63,083 nt of DNA from a virus (taxonomy: Duplodnaviria; Caudoviricetes). The notes under the pieces were generated by a model that was not told the origin of the DNA, did not search any database, and was given only the letters and a program-made list of their open reading frames with translations. The DNA is taken from IMG/VR virus record IMGVR_UViG_3300024302_000009, positions 1 to 63,083 of that record; one strand, written 5' to 3'. A program made the translations under genes and the position numbers. Of the stretch, positions 44,497 to 53,801 are shown in pieces (the stretch's first letter is position 1; each line of letters starts with the position of its first letter).

Positions 44497-46286
44497 AACT
44501 CATCCTCGTATCCAAAGTAGCTACCTGACGCTTGCGGCATGTAAACATGTAAACCTTGCCCTGCGACATGCGTTCCTGACGCTCCTGTGAAGTTCACTAG
44601 ATTGGACTTATCTGATCCCAGGAACGTCACTGCAACTGCGCTGGAAGTCGTGGTGCCGGGTGAACTGTCAATGCTGAAATCATTCGTCGCAGAAATATCA
44701 AGGGTCGGTGCGTTTGTCCGCATTGGTACGGGGAAATTTATTTCAATACTGGCGACAGTCGCACTATCTGCAAAGCCTACACCAATCTCTGCATGGTTAG
44801 CACCATCGTCGGATATTCTCCAGCAGTACCGCTGACACTTTGCCAATACTTCGCTGTAAATTTCACCCTCAAAGGCTGTCGCGTCTGATCCAAGTTCGCA
44901 TTTCACCTTGCCAAGCGTTCCTGTATCCGTTGCGATAGTTGATCCACCAGCAGCATCAGCGCCAGTGAATTGCAGTGTAATGACCTGATCCAATACCGCT
45001 GTTACAGTGATAGGAGAAACAGCGAAGTTGCCCGACATAGTTTGAGTGTTTACAACACCTCTTGCCGTGGCTGTACCAGACCATGAAATTGTATGCGTCC
45101 CGGCAGTGTCAATCTGTACGCCCTCAATGACCTGTTCGATACTGTCATTCGCGGCAATCGTGACGGTCTGCGGAGAATTAGGAGAAGCACTGGAGAACGT
45201 GTAGCTGCTGTTCGCAGTTCCAGACCGCCACCTGTCGTGCATGTAAGTGCCATCAGCGGTCGCTGTTGTAGAAACATAATTGCGCTGGTTGACCTGAAAG
45301 CCACCGTTGATAATCTTGTTGGGGTTTACACCGCCAGCCGCATGGGTATCAATCATTTCCTTGACGCCAGCTACAGTAGGGGTAACTGTGTCGTCTGTGC
45401 CTGTCACATTTTCTGCGCTAGTAGATCGTTCTACAAGACCAGCAAGTGTAACAGAGGAAGATTTAGTTCCTACTAAGGGCACAAGACCTGAAGTGGTGCC
45501 TGTGTCCAGTGTGGCTACAGTACCCAACCCCAAAGAGGTTCGTGCCGTAGCACCTGCTTCATATGCAAACGCACCAGCACCTGTGGCTACAACAAATTCT
45601 CCATCAGCACTAGCAGCACCTAAAGTGTTAAGGTCATCTAGTACATCGCCTTGAGCTTGCACATCAGTGCCTATTACAAGGCCCAAATTAGTTCGTGCGT
45701 CACCCGCAGAACTAGCCCCCGTACCCCCATCTGCTACAGGAACATCGGTACCAGAAGCGTGGTATATCACGTTACCCTCGACTGCTAAGACTCCAGCCCC
45801 AGAGCGAGTTAGAGTAGTATCCGAAGCTGCACCAACTTCAATACCAGTGAACTGTGGGCTGTCTCCAGTCCCTACACCAATGCTTGTACGCAGTGTAGCA
45901 CCACTCTCCAATACTGGATCAGTAGTGCCATCACCTACAACCATCTCACCGTCAGCCATAGCTGCTAATGCTGTTACAGCACCAGTACCAGAGCCTAAGA
46001 GGATACCACCATCAGTTAGTGTAGTGGCCCCAGAGCCACCTTGTGCCACTGTCAGTGCAGTAGTCAACCCTGTTAAGGATGTGATGTTAGAGTTAGCACC
46101 TGAAGTAGCAGCGCCAGTAACATTAGCTACAGCAATGTTAGGTCCATTACCAGTAGTACCATCATGTGCGTGCCCAGTAGAAGCGTTAAACGCAGCTAGG
46201 ATAGCATCGAACTCATCATTCGTATCTGCTGCTTCAATAGTATCTCCAGTGGTGTATACACTTTGCCGCGCAGTGTAACCAGCCAT
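44493..46286 (-). CDS. Tail fiber protein
   Basis: N-terminal anchor (NDEFDA..GHAHDGT), VAxGGxGA repeats, C-terminal NKIINGGF..DRW..CQRY domain. Confidence 0.85.
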   Translation of the reverse strand: MAGYTARQSVYTTGDTIEAADTNDEFDAILAAFNASTGHAHDGTTGNGPNIAVANVTGAATSGANSNITSLTGLTTALTVAQGGSGATTLTDGGILLGSGTGAVTALAAMADGEMVVGDGTTDPVLESGATLRTSIGVGTGDSPQFTGIEVGAASDTTLTRSGAGVLAVEGNVIYHASGTDVPVADGGTGASSAGDARTNLGLVIGTDVQAQGDVLDDLNTLGAASADGEFVVATGAGAFAYEAGATARTSLGLGTVATLDTGTTSGLVPLVGTKSSSVTLAGLVERSTSAENVTGTDDTVTPTVAGVKEMIDTHAAGGVNPNKIINGGFQVNQRNYVSTTATADGTYMHDRWRSGTANSSYTFSSASPNSPQTVTIAANDSIEQVIEGVQIDTAGTHTISWSGTATARGVVNTQTMSGNFAVSPITVTAVLDQVITLQFTGADAAGGSTIATDTGTLGKVKCELGSDATAFEGEIYSEVLAKCQRYCWRISDDGANHAEIGVGFADSATVASIEINFPVPMRTNAPTLDISATNDFSIDSSPGTTTSSAVAVTFLGSDKSNLVNFTGASGTHVAGQGLHVYMPQASGSYFGYEDEL

Positions 46287-46287
46287 A

Positions 46288-46869
46288 TCAACGCCTTCCT
46301 ATTATTTTGTGGCACCAAGCTTTTAGCTCGTCCACAGACAAATTACTTTTCATCATGTTTACTTGGTAACAAACTAAATGTATGTTATCTAAAGTGTATC
46401 CCAAACTAGAGTCTATCCTATCAACGGATGCTATGTAAGGGTTAGGGGCACCATCTCCCATCATAAATGACATTGGTATACCAGTTATACTACACAATCC
46501 TTGCTGGTCTTCCCACATACACATAAGTATGTCTTTAGTGACTTCGGATTTCCACCCCTTACCCTTAGCTCTGTATGCTACTCTACGTTTAGCCGTTTTA
46601 GCCCAGCCATCTAAGCTATTTCTGCTATGCAAATGCCAACAATACCGACTACAGAAGTGTATATCCCCGCGTCTAGCTCTTGCCTTTTCTACTATCTCTC
46701 CATTCCACATTTTATACAGAGCACTATGTGGGATGTTTAACTCTTCAGCTATCTCTTTATATGATTTAGTGCCCTTTAACGATTTTGCACGTTCAATTTG
46801 CTCTTTAGTGTACTTACTAGGTAGGTCGGGAATATTTTTATCACACTGATCACATATATATTTTGTCAT
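46288..46869 (-). CDS. HNH-like homing endonuclease with HTH/Zn finger
   Basis: CSITG and SVDRIDSSLGYTLDNIHLVCYQVNMMK motifs. AT-rich insert between tail genes. Confidence 0.85.
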   Translation of the reverse strand: MTKYICDQCDKNIPDLPSKYTKEQIERAKSLKGTKSYKEIAEELNIPHSALYKMWNGEIVEKARARRGDIHFCSRYCWHLHSRNSLDGWAKTAKRRVAYRAKGKGWKSEVTKDILMCMWEDQQGLCSITGIPMSFMMGDGAPNPYIASVDRIDSSLGYTLDNIHLVCYQVNMMKSNLSVDELKAWCHKIIGRR

Positions 46870-48398
46870 CTGCGCCCTGCGGGGGTCACTTCAATTAAGA
46901 AGTCTTTAATTGCGAATGCAGACTCAACTGCTGTGTGTTCAAATAACAGTGCGATAGTAAAACCAGAACCTTCAGCACTTAACCTTGTAATAGCAGTGGG
47001 GTCGTTTCCATAAATAGCTGCGCCATATACTGCACTCCCATATACGGGTATGCTAGTAGGTGTGGATAGTGTGTATTCTGTTGGTTGTGGTGTGTCATCG
47101 CTACCAAAGTCATATACAAACTTGACTGTAGCGTTAACTGTACCCTCATATGAAATAGTAAGGATTGCTCTTTGAGTGGCCTTACGTATACCAATATCTT
47201 CAAAGGAATAGTCTGGTGTCCTGTATACAGATGCTATAGCAGTGCCATTAAAACTGTTACCACTCTCCTGTTGATACACTATACCGTCGTCATACCCACC
47301 ATGAATTACAAGCTCCGTAGTGGTGCTAATGTAATCACTAGCACTGTAGGAGGGGCGAATACCTACGATGTCAGCAAAGTCCCACCCTACATTACCCGCA
47401 ACCTGTGGAGTAGTTTGCCGTGTGAGGGCAGCTAAAGTACCTTTAGCAACAGTGTCAGAGTCTGTAGTCTTAGGGTAAAAGATACGATATTGGTTCTTCT
47501 TACGTACTACGCAGGAGATAATATCAGCAGTGGTTTCTCGTACACCTTCTAAACGGGTGTGTACTGGTGTGGATATAGTACCTAACTCAACATCACCAAT
47601 CTTATCTGTACCAGCAACAGTGCGAAGACCATCAGTAGCCAAGAACACAATATCTCCACCAATCTCTTGTATGGACTGTGCAGCTACACACCCTACATTC
47701 TCACTGACTGGTTCAATCTTCCAGTCCTCTAAGGTGTTGCCTGTGAGCTTATGAATGCTATCCCTACAAAAGATGTAAAGAGCATCACGAAACTTCTTAA
47801 GTCCTGTAATGCTGTCTTTGATGTTTACTACACCAGCACCATTAGCAGGGGTGAAATCATTTATAGCGTAGGGCGCGGACCATGTGAGCACATTATCCTG
47901 CGCATAGAACATATGGTTCTTAAAATCATGGACCTCGGAGGGAGCAGTAGGAGCAGTACCAGAACCACTACCAACAGCACCATTCATAAGTGTGTAGGTA
48001 GAAGCGTCCCATGTGGCTGCATAGTTAACCCCATCAGCCATAATAAGGCGCTCTGTGCCATCCCAGTTGTATTTATCGAACGTATAGGTCCCTGCGCTGG
48101 TCCTAGCGCTACTGATAGAGGTCCATGTGGTACCACTACCATACTCTACGTTAGCACCTCTGCACCCAATCACAGTGGCTCCTAAGATGGCTAGGCCTAG
48201 TACTTTACCTGTACCAGTGAGTGCCGTGGAGCTATACTCACTAAACCCATCAATACGACGATAGCCGCCATTAATGTTAGGCTCAAAGTTCTGTAGTTGT
48301 AGAGCTTCCCCCGGCTCCATACTTTCAGGAGTTTTGTCCAGTACCAGACCACCACCACAGGTGATTTTGAGAGGTTTAATCTCAGAAGTATCTGGCAT
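46866..48398 (-). CDS. Tail nozzle/stabilization protein (tubular B or P22 gp10-like)
   Basis: GGL..NFEP..GGYRRIDG start, beta-propeller-like, VGCVA..DIVFLATDGLR. Confidence 0.75.
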   Translation of the reverse strand: MPDTSEIKPLKITCGGGLVLDKTPESMEPGEALQLQNFEPNINGGYRRIDGFSEYSSTALTGTGKVLGLAILGATVIGCRGANVEYGSGTTWTSISSARTSAGTYTFDKYNWDGTERLIMADGVNYAATWDASTYTLMNGAVGSGSGTAPTAPSEVHDFKNHMFYAQDNVLTWSAPYAINDFTPANGAGVVNIKDSITGLKKFRDALYIFCRDSIHKLTGNTLEDWKIEPVSENVGCVAAQSIQEIGGDIVFLATDGLRTVAGTDKIGDVELGTISTPVHTRLEGVRETTADIISCVVRKKNQYRIFYPKTTDSDTVAKGTLAALTRQTTPQVAGNVGWDFADIVGIRPSYSASDYISTTTELVIHGGYDDGIVYQQESGNSFNGTAIASVYRTPDYSFEDIGIRKATQRAILTISYEGTVNATVKFVYDFGSDDTPQPTEYTLSTPTSIPVYGSAVYGAAIYGNDPTAITRLSAEGSGFTIALLFEHTAVESAFAIKDFLIEVTPAGRR

Positions 48399-49504
48399 TA
48401 ATACCAACCCCTGTAATGTACGCGAGGAGTAGGAATAGTAGAAGCTGCTCGGAAGTATGTGGGCCTGTTAACAAGCTCTACACGCATACGCTCCAACCCT
48501 TCTTTGTACTCCTTGTTAGACCTGTCAGCAAACGCTGGATCAGACCTTAGCTTTAACACGTAGTATACAGCCCGAGAGATGATAACCTGTTCAAACCTAG
48601 CAGGGATACTATGTGTATCACCAAAGGCTGACATATCAGTAGCAGGAGCATAGTAGTCAAATAGCACTTGTAAGTTACCCTGATCAGGTACAGGGGTGAC
48701 ACCAAACTCATCATTCTGTGTAGGGTACACAGCGCGAGGGATGTCCATAATATCTTTGGCGCTCTGGGTATCTTTCCATCTGCGCTCTTGACGCCATGCG
48801 TCTTGGTTCAGGACTTCTAGGTCCCGTCCTTCTATGTCCTCATTCATACGTACAAAGGCTACATCCACCGCAGTGGTTGAGGTAGTCTCCATACTGAGGA
48901 ATGTGGTTGCGCCAGTAGCTGTAAACGTAAAGTCGTACAACTCTCCTTCACCCGCGCTGTCCAGTGTAATTGTTTCTGTTTGGATTTCAGCACCACCTGA
49001 TGTGGTACCAATTTTGATTGTTACACCATTACTAAAGTGTTGCAGCAGAACCTTGTAGTTCCGGCTTGCCACTGTAGATAGTGATTGGGTTAGTCCACCA
49101 ATGTCTGTGCCATCACCAGTGAGGCGTGCAGCACCAGAGTTACTTGATGTGTATGCAGCAGTACCACTGCCAGCAGAGATGTCTGTCCAGCTAGTAATAG
49201 TAGTAGTGAACTCCCCGTTGGTAATCTCTTCAATGGGGCGTACAAAGAAACTTTCCCAATCCGTAGATTTCAACGAAGTGGGAAGGGCGTATACGGCAGT
49301 ACCTACAGTAAGTAATTGTGTGCCTGAAGTGTAAGCAAAGGGCCACTCAGTCTCCGCGTTGTAGATGTCACGGATAGCAGCATTAACAGCGTTCTTAACA
49401 GTAGTCTGAATACCACGGGATGCAGCGAAATCAGAACCATCTGTATTGAAAGCAACTTCATTAATAGAAGTCAACACTTCATTACATACTGTCAAATAAG
49501 TCAT
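48398..49504 (-). CDS. Head-tail adaptor (tubular A-like) with inserted beta-sandwich domain
   Basis: MTYLTVCNEVL...WPF N-terminus and PVPD...IPARF C-terminus, flanking an ITNGEF...W insert. Confidence 0.75.
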   Translation of the reverse strand: MTYLTVCNEVLTSINEVAFNTDGSDFAASRGIQTTVKNAVNAAIRDIYNAETEWPFAYTSGTQLLTVGTAVYALPTSLKSTDWESFFVRPIEEITNGEFTTTITSWTDISAGSGTAAYTSSNSGAARLTGDGTDIGGLTQSLSTVASRNYKVLLQHFSNGVTIKIGTTSGGAEIQTETITLDSAGEGELYDFTFTATGATTFLSMETTSTTAVDVAFVRMNEDIEGRDLEVLNQDAWRQERRWKDTQSAKDIMDIPRAVYPTQNDEFGVTPVPDQGNLQVLFDYYAPATDMSAFGDTHSIPARFEQVIISRAVYYVLKLRSDPAFADRSNKEYKEGLERMRVELVNRPTYFRAASTIPTPRVHYRGWY

Positions 49505-49530
49505 CAATTACCCTTTAAATTAGAATGAAG

Positions 49531-49552
49531 GGGGAGAGCCGAAACCCTCCCC
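49531..49552 (-). terminator. Terminator hairpin after the capsid genes
   Basis: GGGGAGGG-TTTCGG-CTCTCCCC on the - strand, followed by a pyrimidine-rich tract. Confidence 0.6.
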
Positions 49553-49564
49553 ATCCAAATAGTC

Positions 49565-50002
49565 TTACGCAGCGAATGTAGCTCGTTGAGTTACATTTGG
49601 CTCGGTAATGTCAACACACAAAGCCCAATAGCGGATTTTGGCGTCAATAGTACCAGTAGCACCCGTAGCGTCCAGCGTGTTAGCAGCGTCATATGTTACA
49701 AACATTTCTGCAACAGCGTTACCGCTTGTCATAGAGCCTGTGGAAGCCACAGTAGCAGCAGCAACATATTCTACAGTGCCATCACCAAACTCAACGGTAC
49801 CAGAGTTACCAGCGGCGTCAGCCGTCAGAACATCAGCACCAGCGTTGATGACCATTGTACCTGCTGGAATTTGAATTACTTCAATAACGTCCGTAGCGGC
49901 AGCGGCTTGAGTGCTGTAGTTCACTACTTCGTTAAGCAGGTAAGGTACATTTTTAAGTACTGCGTGTCCAGCAGTACCGCGATCACTTGTCAGAGTAGCC
50001 AT
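49565..50002 (-). CDS. Minor capsid/decoration protein
   Basis: 145 aa, beta-rich (IPAGT), directly after MCP. Confidence 0.65.
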   Translation of the reverse strand: MATLTSDRGTAGHAVLKNVPYLLNEVVNYSTQAAAATDVIEVIQIPAGTMVINAGADVLTADAAGNSGTVEFGDGTVEYVAAATVASTGSMTSGNAVAEMFVTYDAANTLDATGATGTIDAKIRYWALCVDITEPNVTQRATFAA

Positions 50003-50016
50003 TGTTCAATTACTCC

Positions 50017-50961
50017 TTAATCAATGGTGTAGTATGCGAGGGACATAGCATCTGTACGCAGTGTCTTGCGACCATACATATGCATTCCACGAACGACATC
50101 ACCGAAGAACTTCTGGGACCGGAAACGCTCGGTCTTAGAAATCTGAGAAGCAGTTGCCGTAGACGACATGTGACCAGCCATTACAACGCCACCAGCGTTG
50201 GTCGTAGCAGGGATGTTGTTCGTCTTGTAGCAAGTAAAGCCACGGATTTGACCGTCAGTTACTTTACCGTTACGCAGGCGGCTTGAGGAGTCTCCAGTAA
50301 AGTCGACGCCCATAAGCTTAGAGTTCTCGTCTGCCATAACTTCCCAAAACTCGGGCTTAGCAGTGAACCAGCGGTTCTCTTCAGGGATATCCTGATCATC
50401 AAGCAAGCGAGACATGCGTGCCATAATAGCCAGTGGGGACAATTCACCAGCACCATAGCCCATGTCCAACGAGCCAGCGGCTGTGTCCATGTCAGTGATC
50501 TTGGTGGCAGAGTCCGAACCGATTACCATGTCTGGGCTAGAAGTAGAAACTTGACCCTTCATGTAGCTCAGAATTGCTTGGTCATAGCTATTCTTCAGTG
50601 CGTAAACAGCAGAAGAAGTAGCCATAGCTTCCCAATTCAGGTGAGCGTGCTTGGCTTCAATGTCATCAACCGCGAACGCGAAGTTCTTGGCTTGGTCAAC
50701 AGTCAGTGTCAACTCAGAGTCGTTCAACTCTTGAATTTCCACGTTCTGTCCACGCACATGATCATTGATCAAGATGGTAGGCTCGTTGATGATCTTTACA
50801 GTATCACCTTCGTTAGCAATCTCACCGAAATAGTCGGTGTTCGTGATTGCTTCAGCAACCGAAGCACGTCGGAAGTACTTCAGTACGTTTTTGGAATAGA
50901 TAACAGGTGTAAACGCACCCGTTGGCAGGTTATTCCAGCCTGATGCAGCAGCAAAAGCCAT
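50017..50961 (-). CDS. Major capsid protein
   Basis: FTPVIYS, ITNTDYFGEI..GDTVKI, LTVDQ and GDVVRGMHMYG motifs; position after scaffold. Confidence 0.9.
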   Translation of the reverse strand: MAFAAASGWNNLPTGAFTPVIYSKNVLKYFRRASVAEAITNTDYFGEIANEGDTVKIINEPTILINDHVRGQNVEIQELNDSELTLTVDQAKNFAFAVDDIEAKHAHLNWEAMATSSAVYALKNSYDQAILSYMKGQVSTSSPDMVIGSDSATKITDMDTAAGSLDMGYGAGELSPLAIMARMSRLLDDQDIPEENRWFTAKPEFWEVMADENSKLMGVDFTGDSSSRLRNGKVTDGQIRGFTCYKTNNIPATTNAGGVVMAGHMSSTATASQISKTERFRSQKFFGDVVRGMHMYGRKTLRTDAMSLAYYTID

Positions 50962-50996
50962 TGGTTTTATCCTTTCAGTAGCCTTCTACAATGCAG

Positions 50997-51842
50997 CTAT
51001 TGACCAATGAGTATTCGACCTTCGTCGGCAGCGAGTTTAAATTCCGCTTCCCGTGCCTCATACTCGTCCATAGCCATGTGTTGAATATAACTTTCTAGAA
51101 ATACCGGCTTGTCTTCTACCGCATCGACGCTGGATTTTTTACCAGACACCAATTTAGAGGCAGCTTCTTTAGCCGACATTTTCCGTTCAGTGTTATTCGC
51201 CTTGCCTGTGTCTTTACCGCTATGCAGCTTGTACAGATCAAGGATACTAGAGGTGAAGTCTCCATCGTTGGTGTTATTGTAAATACCATCCTGAATACGT
51301 GAGGATTGAGTACTTACCCAAACATGGAAGTCTTCGTCGTCGTTGATCTCTTCCCAATCAGGATGAGACTTAGTAACGACAGTCATTGCAACTTCTTCAG
51401 CGTGTTGAGCACGCTCGTCTTCAAGTTGCTTTTCAAGCTTCTCCATTTTGGAGATAACTTCTGCGTTTCCTTTATGCGAGACACTCGTTAGAATGTCATA
51501 CGTATCAGGATACTCAGTCTTAAAAGCCTCCAGTTCTTCATCTGTCTTTGGAGGGGTCCACTGGGGAGTAGCCTCCATACTGGCTTCTAGATCAGCGATT
51601 TGTTTCAGAAGTTTGTCTTTTTCAGCATTGGAGCCTTTACGGAGATCACCATAACGCTTTTTGTACGTTACTTCTTCTGCGCTAAGGGTATCCTCTGGGA
51701 CTGCATCCAGTACTTCTTCCTCAGTTAGTTCCTGAGGCTCTGGATCGTTTTCCAGTGCGTCAGCCCTGTCAGCACCCATATACATGGGACGTTCAAACAT
51801 GGACTTAGTGGCAACTTCCTCTACTTTTTCAACTACAGACAT
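50997..51842 (-). CDS. Capsid scaffolding protein
   Basis: YKKRYGDL, HPDW and C-terminal EGRI motifs. Acidic coiled coil upstream of MCP. Confidence 0.8.
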   Translation of the reverse strand: MSVVEKVEEVATKSMFERPMYMGADRADALENDPEPQELTEEEVLDAVPEDTLSAEEVTYKKRYGDLRKGSNAEKDKLLKQIADLEASMEATPQWTPPKTDEELEAFKTEYPDTYDILTSVSHKGNAEVISKMEKLEKQLEDERAQHAEEVAMTVVTKSHPDWEEINDDEDFHVWVSTQSSRIQDGIYNNTNDGDFTSSILDLYKLHSGKDTGKANNTERKMSAKEAASKLVSGKKSSVDAVEDKPVFLESYIQHMAMDEYEAREAEFKLAADEGRILIGQ

Positions 51843-51856
51843 TACATTTCCTTTCA

Positions 51857-51927
51857 ACGGGGCCAGTGTCTAGTCTGGGTAGCCGTAAGGTTGCATGGAA
51901 GGGGCTAGGTATTCTAGGTAGCCTCCC
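51857..51927 (-). promoter_or_regulatory. Tandem RNA hairpins in the scaffold leader
   Basis: GGGAGG-CTAC-CTAG-N5-CTAG-CC-CCTTCC and ACGG-CTAC-CCAG-N8-CTGG-CC-CCGT, just before the RBS. Confidence 0.65.
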
Positions 51928-51943
51928 GGTTAAAATGCAAGTA

Positions 51944-53599
51944 TTAAACAGCACTACCTAGAGGGCCTGAGTTAGCGTACTCAGGTCTAGGGCGGTTACT
52001 ACCTGCATTAGTTGACATAGCACTTGCTGATGGCTGAGCATTTCCGGTTTGCTCAGGTAGACCAGCAGGAGGAGGACCTCCCTCTGCCATGTGCTTATCC
52101 TGCGCCTTTTGAGCAGTTGCAGGGTCAGCCTCGACGCCCTTACCATTAAGGGCACCTAATAGTTTAGTTCCGAAGTATTCTTTAGCCGCACGGCTGAATA
52201 TAACTTCACCATTTGAAATATTGATAGGGGGCTTAGGCTCTTCTCCACCTAAACCGGGAGGACCAGACTTGGCAGGAGCACCCACCTTCTCTGTAACCTC
52301 TTTAACCATCTGATTGATCTTGTCCATGCCTAGAGCTTTTACAGCCGCAGCATTTAGTACATAAGCTCCCGCTTCTGTCTTCATAGCGCCCCCATCATCT
52401 GTAGGGCCTCCGGGAGCAATAATATCTTGTGCTACAGGTTGTGTACTCGCCTCAGGAGGCATAGCCATTCCGGGCAGCGCACCACCAGCAGCGTAACCTT
52501 TAATTTCTCCACCAGTAGCTACATCCTGACCACCCATACCAGAAGTGTCAGCATCTCCAGATACATCAGCCCCGTGATCACCACTGTCCCCGCCTTGTGT
52601 GCCAGCAGGAGCACCTTCGGTATCCGGAGGGTTTTCTGAGGTATTAACTGCAACAGAGCCACCTTTGTATCCCGCAGGAACACTCTGATCTCCGGGGTTA
52701 GGGGTGCTGGCAGGATTACCATATGTACCATGTGGGCCTAAGCCTAAGTCTGAGTATCCGGCAGCTTCTCTTCCAGCTCTAGATGAATGATCTTGATCTT
52801 GATCACTAGAAGGCGCAGCATCAGGAGAAGAACCCCCAAAGAAGCCCGGATCAGCCATTACTGCTGCTTTTGCTATGTCAGGATTAAGTCCGGCTGCTAT
52901 TGCGGCATTGGCGGCTGTAGCTTGTGCTGCACTCATGTCGGCATAACCCCCCGGACCTTTTCCGGGATCAGAAGTAGTACCAGCAGGATCACCCGTTATA
53001 TCTTTTTGTGCATTATCATACATCTTCTCAGCTTCTGCTTTAGTGATGCCTAATGCTTTCATTGCTTTGTTTACTTGATCAAACTTAGCTGCGACCCCTA
53101 ACCCAAGCCCCGGAATACCTAACGCAGATAAGAAGCTAGGAGCTTTAGCGCCCTTCATAGCAGCTTCTACTTCTGATTTCGACATACCAGTAAAGTCTAA
53201 ATGGCCTCCCGGAGTGTTAGCAGCAGCGATACCCTCAGAACGATTTCCCTCTGCATCATAATATCCCCCAACATCGTCCCCACCAAAACCAGTAGCAGCA
53301 GCACCATCTCCACCTTGAGGGGTACCTTGGCGACGCCTCTCCTCGGCAGCAGCAGCATCTTCTGCGCTCTGTACACTTTTACCTTTATCATCAACACCAC
53401 CAGAGGTAGCGCCAGCACTGGTACCATCAGAGGTACCTGTAACATTCTGGATACGAGACTGAATAACACCTGTGTTCTGTTCATCAGTGCCATAGTATAC
53501 TGAGCCATCAGGACGACGGAAGGCCATGAAGTTAGCAGGAGCTTTCCCACTAGCTTTCAGGGCTTGTACATAGTTATCTTCGAATGCTTGATCAGCCAT
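51944..53599 (-). CDS. Gly/Ala/Pro-rich low-complexity protein
   Basis: 551 aa. ATGG/AAGG/AEGG motifs, plus GAYVLNAAAV and NISNGEVIF. Confidence 0.7.
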   Translation of the reverse strand: MADQAFEDNYVQALKASGKAPANFMAFRRPDGSVYYGTDEQNTGVIQSRIQNVTGTSDGTSAGATSGGVDDKGKSVQSAEDAAAAEERRRQGTPQGGDGAAATGFGGDDVGGYYDAEGNRSEGIAAANTPGGHLDFTGMSKSEVEAAMKGAKAPSFLSALGIPGLGLGVAAKFDQVNKAMKALGITKAEAEKMYDNAQKDITGDPAGTTSDPGKGPGGYADMSAAQATAANAAIAAGLNPDIAKAAVMADPGFFGGSSPDAAPSSDQDQDHSSRAGREAAGYSDLGLGPHGTYGNPASTPNPGDQSVPAGYKGGSVAVNTSENPPDTEGAPAGTQGGDSGDHGADVSGDADTSGMGGQDVATGGEIKGYAAGGALPGMAMPPEASTQPVAQDIIAPGGPTDDGGAMKTEAGAYVLNAAAVKALGMDKINQMVKEVTEKVGAPAKSGPPGLGGEEPKPPINISNGEVIFSRAAKEYFGTKLLGALNGKGVEADPATAQKAQDKHMAEGGPPPAGLPEQTGNAQPSASAMSTNAGSNRPRPEYANSGPLGSAV

Positions 53600-53796
53600 T
53601 ATAGCACAACTTCCCGGTTAATGTAATCTTTAAGTCCCTTGAGCTTTTCAAGGTATTTGGCTTCTCCCTGTGCGCGTGTAGTCTCATCGCCACTGGCGTT
53701 GGTCATCCTGCTAAACAGTAGCCCTTGCTCTTCTGCAAGGAAATCCATAAATACTTCCCATTGCTCAGAGTTAACAACAGGCTGCATCTTCTTCAT
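53599..53796 (-). CDS. Small conserved protein downstream of portal
   Basis: 65 aa, RAQG motif. Confidence 0.65.
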   Translation of the reverse strand: MKKMQPVVNSEQWEVFMDFLAEEQGLLFSRMTNASGDETTRAQGEAKYLEKLKGLKDYINREVVL

Positions 53797-53801
53797 AGTG
53801 T

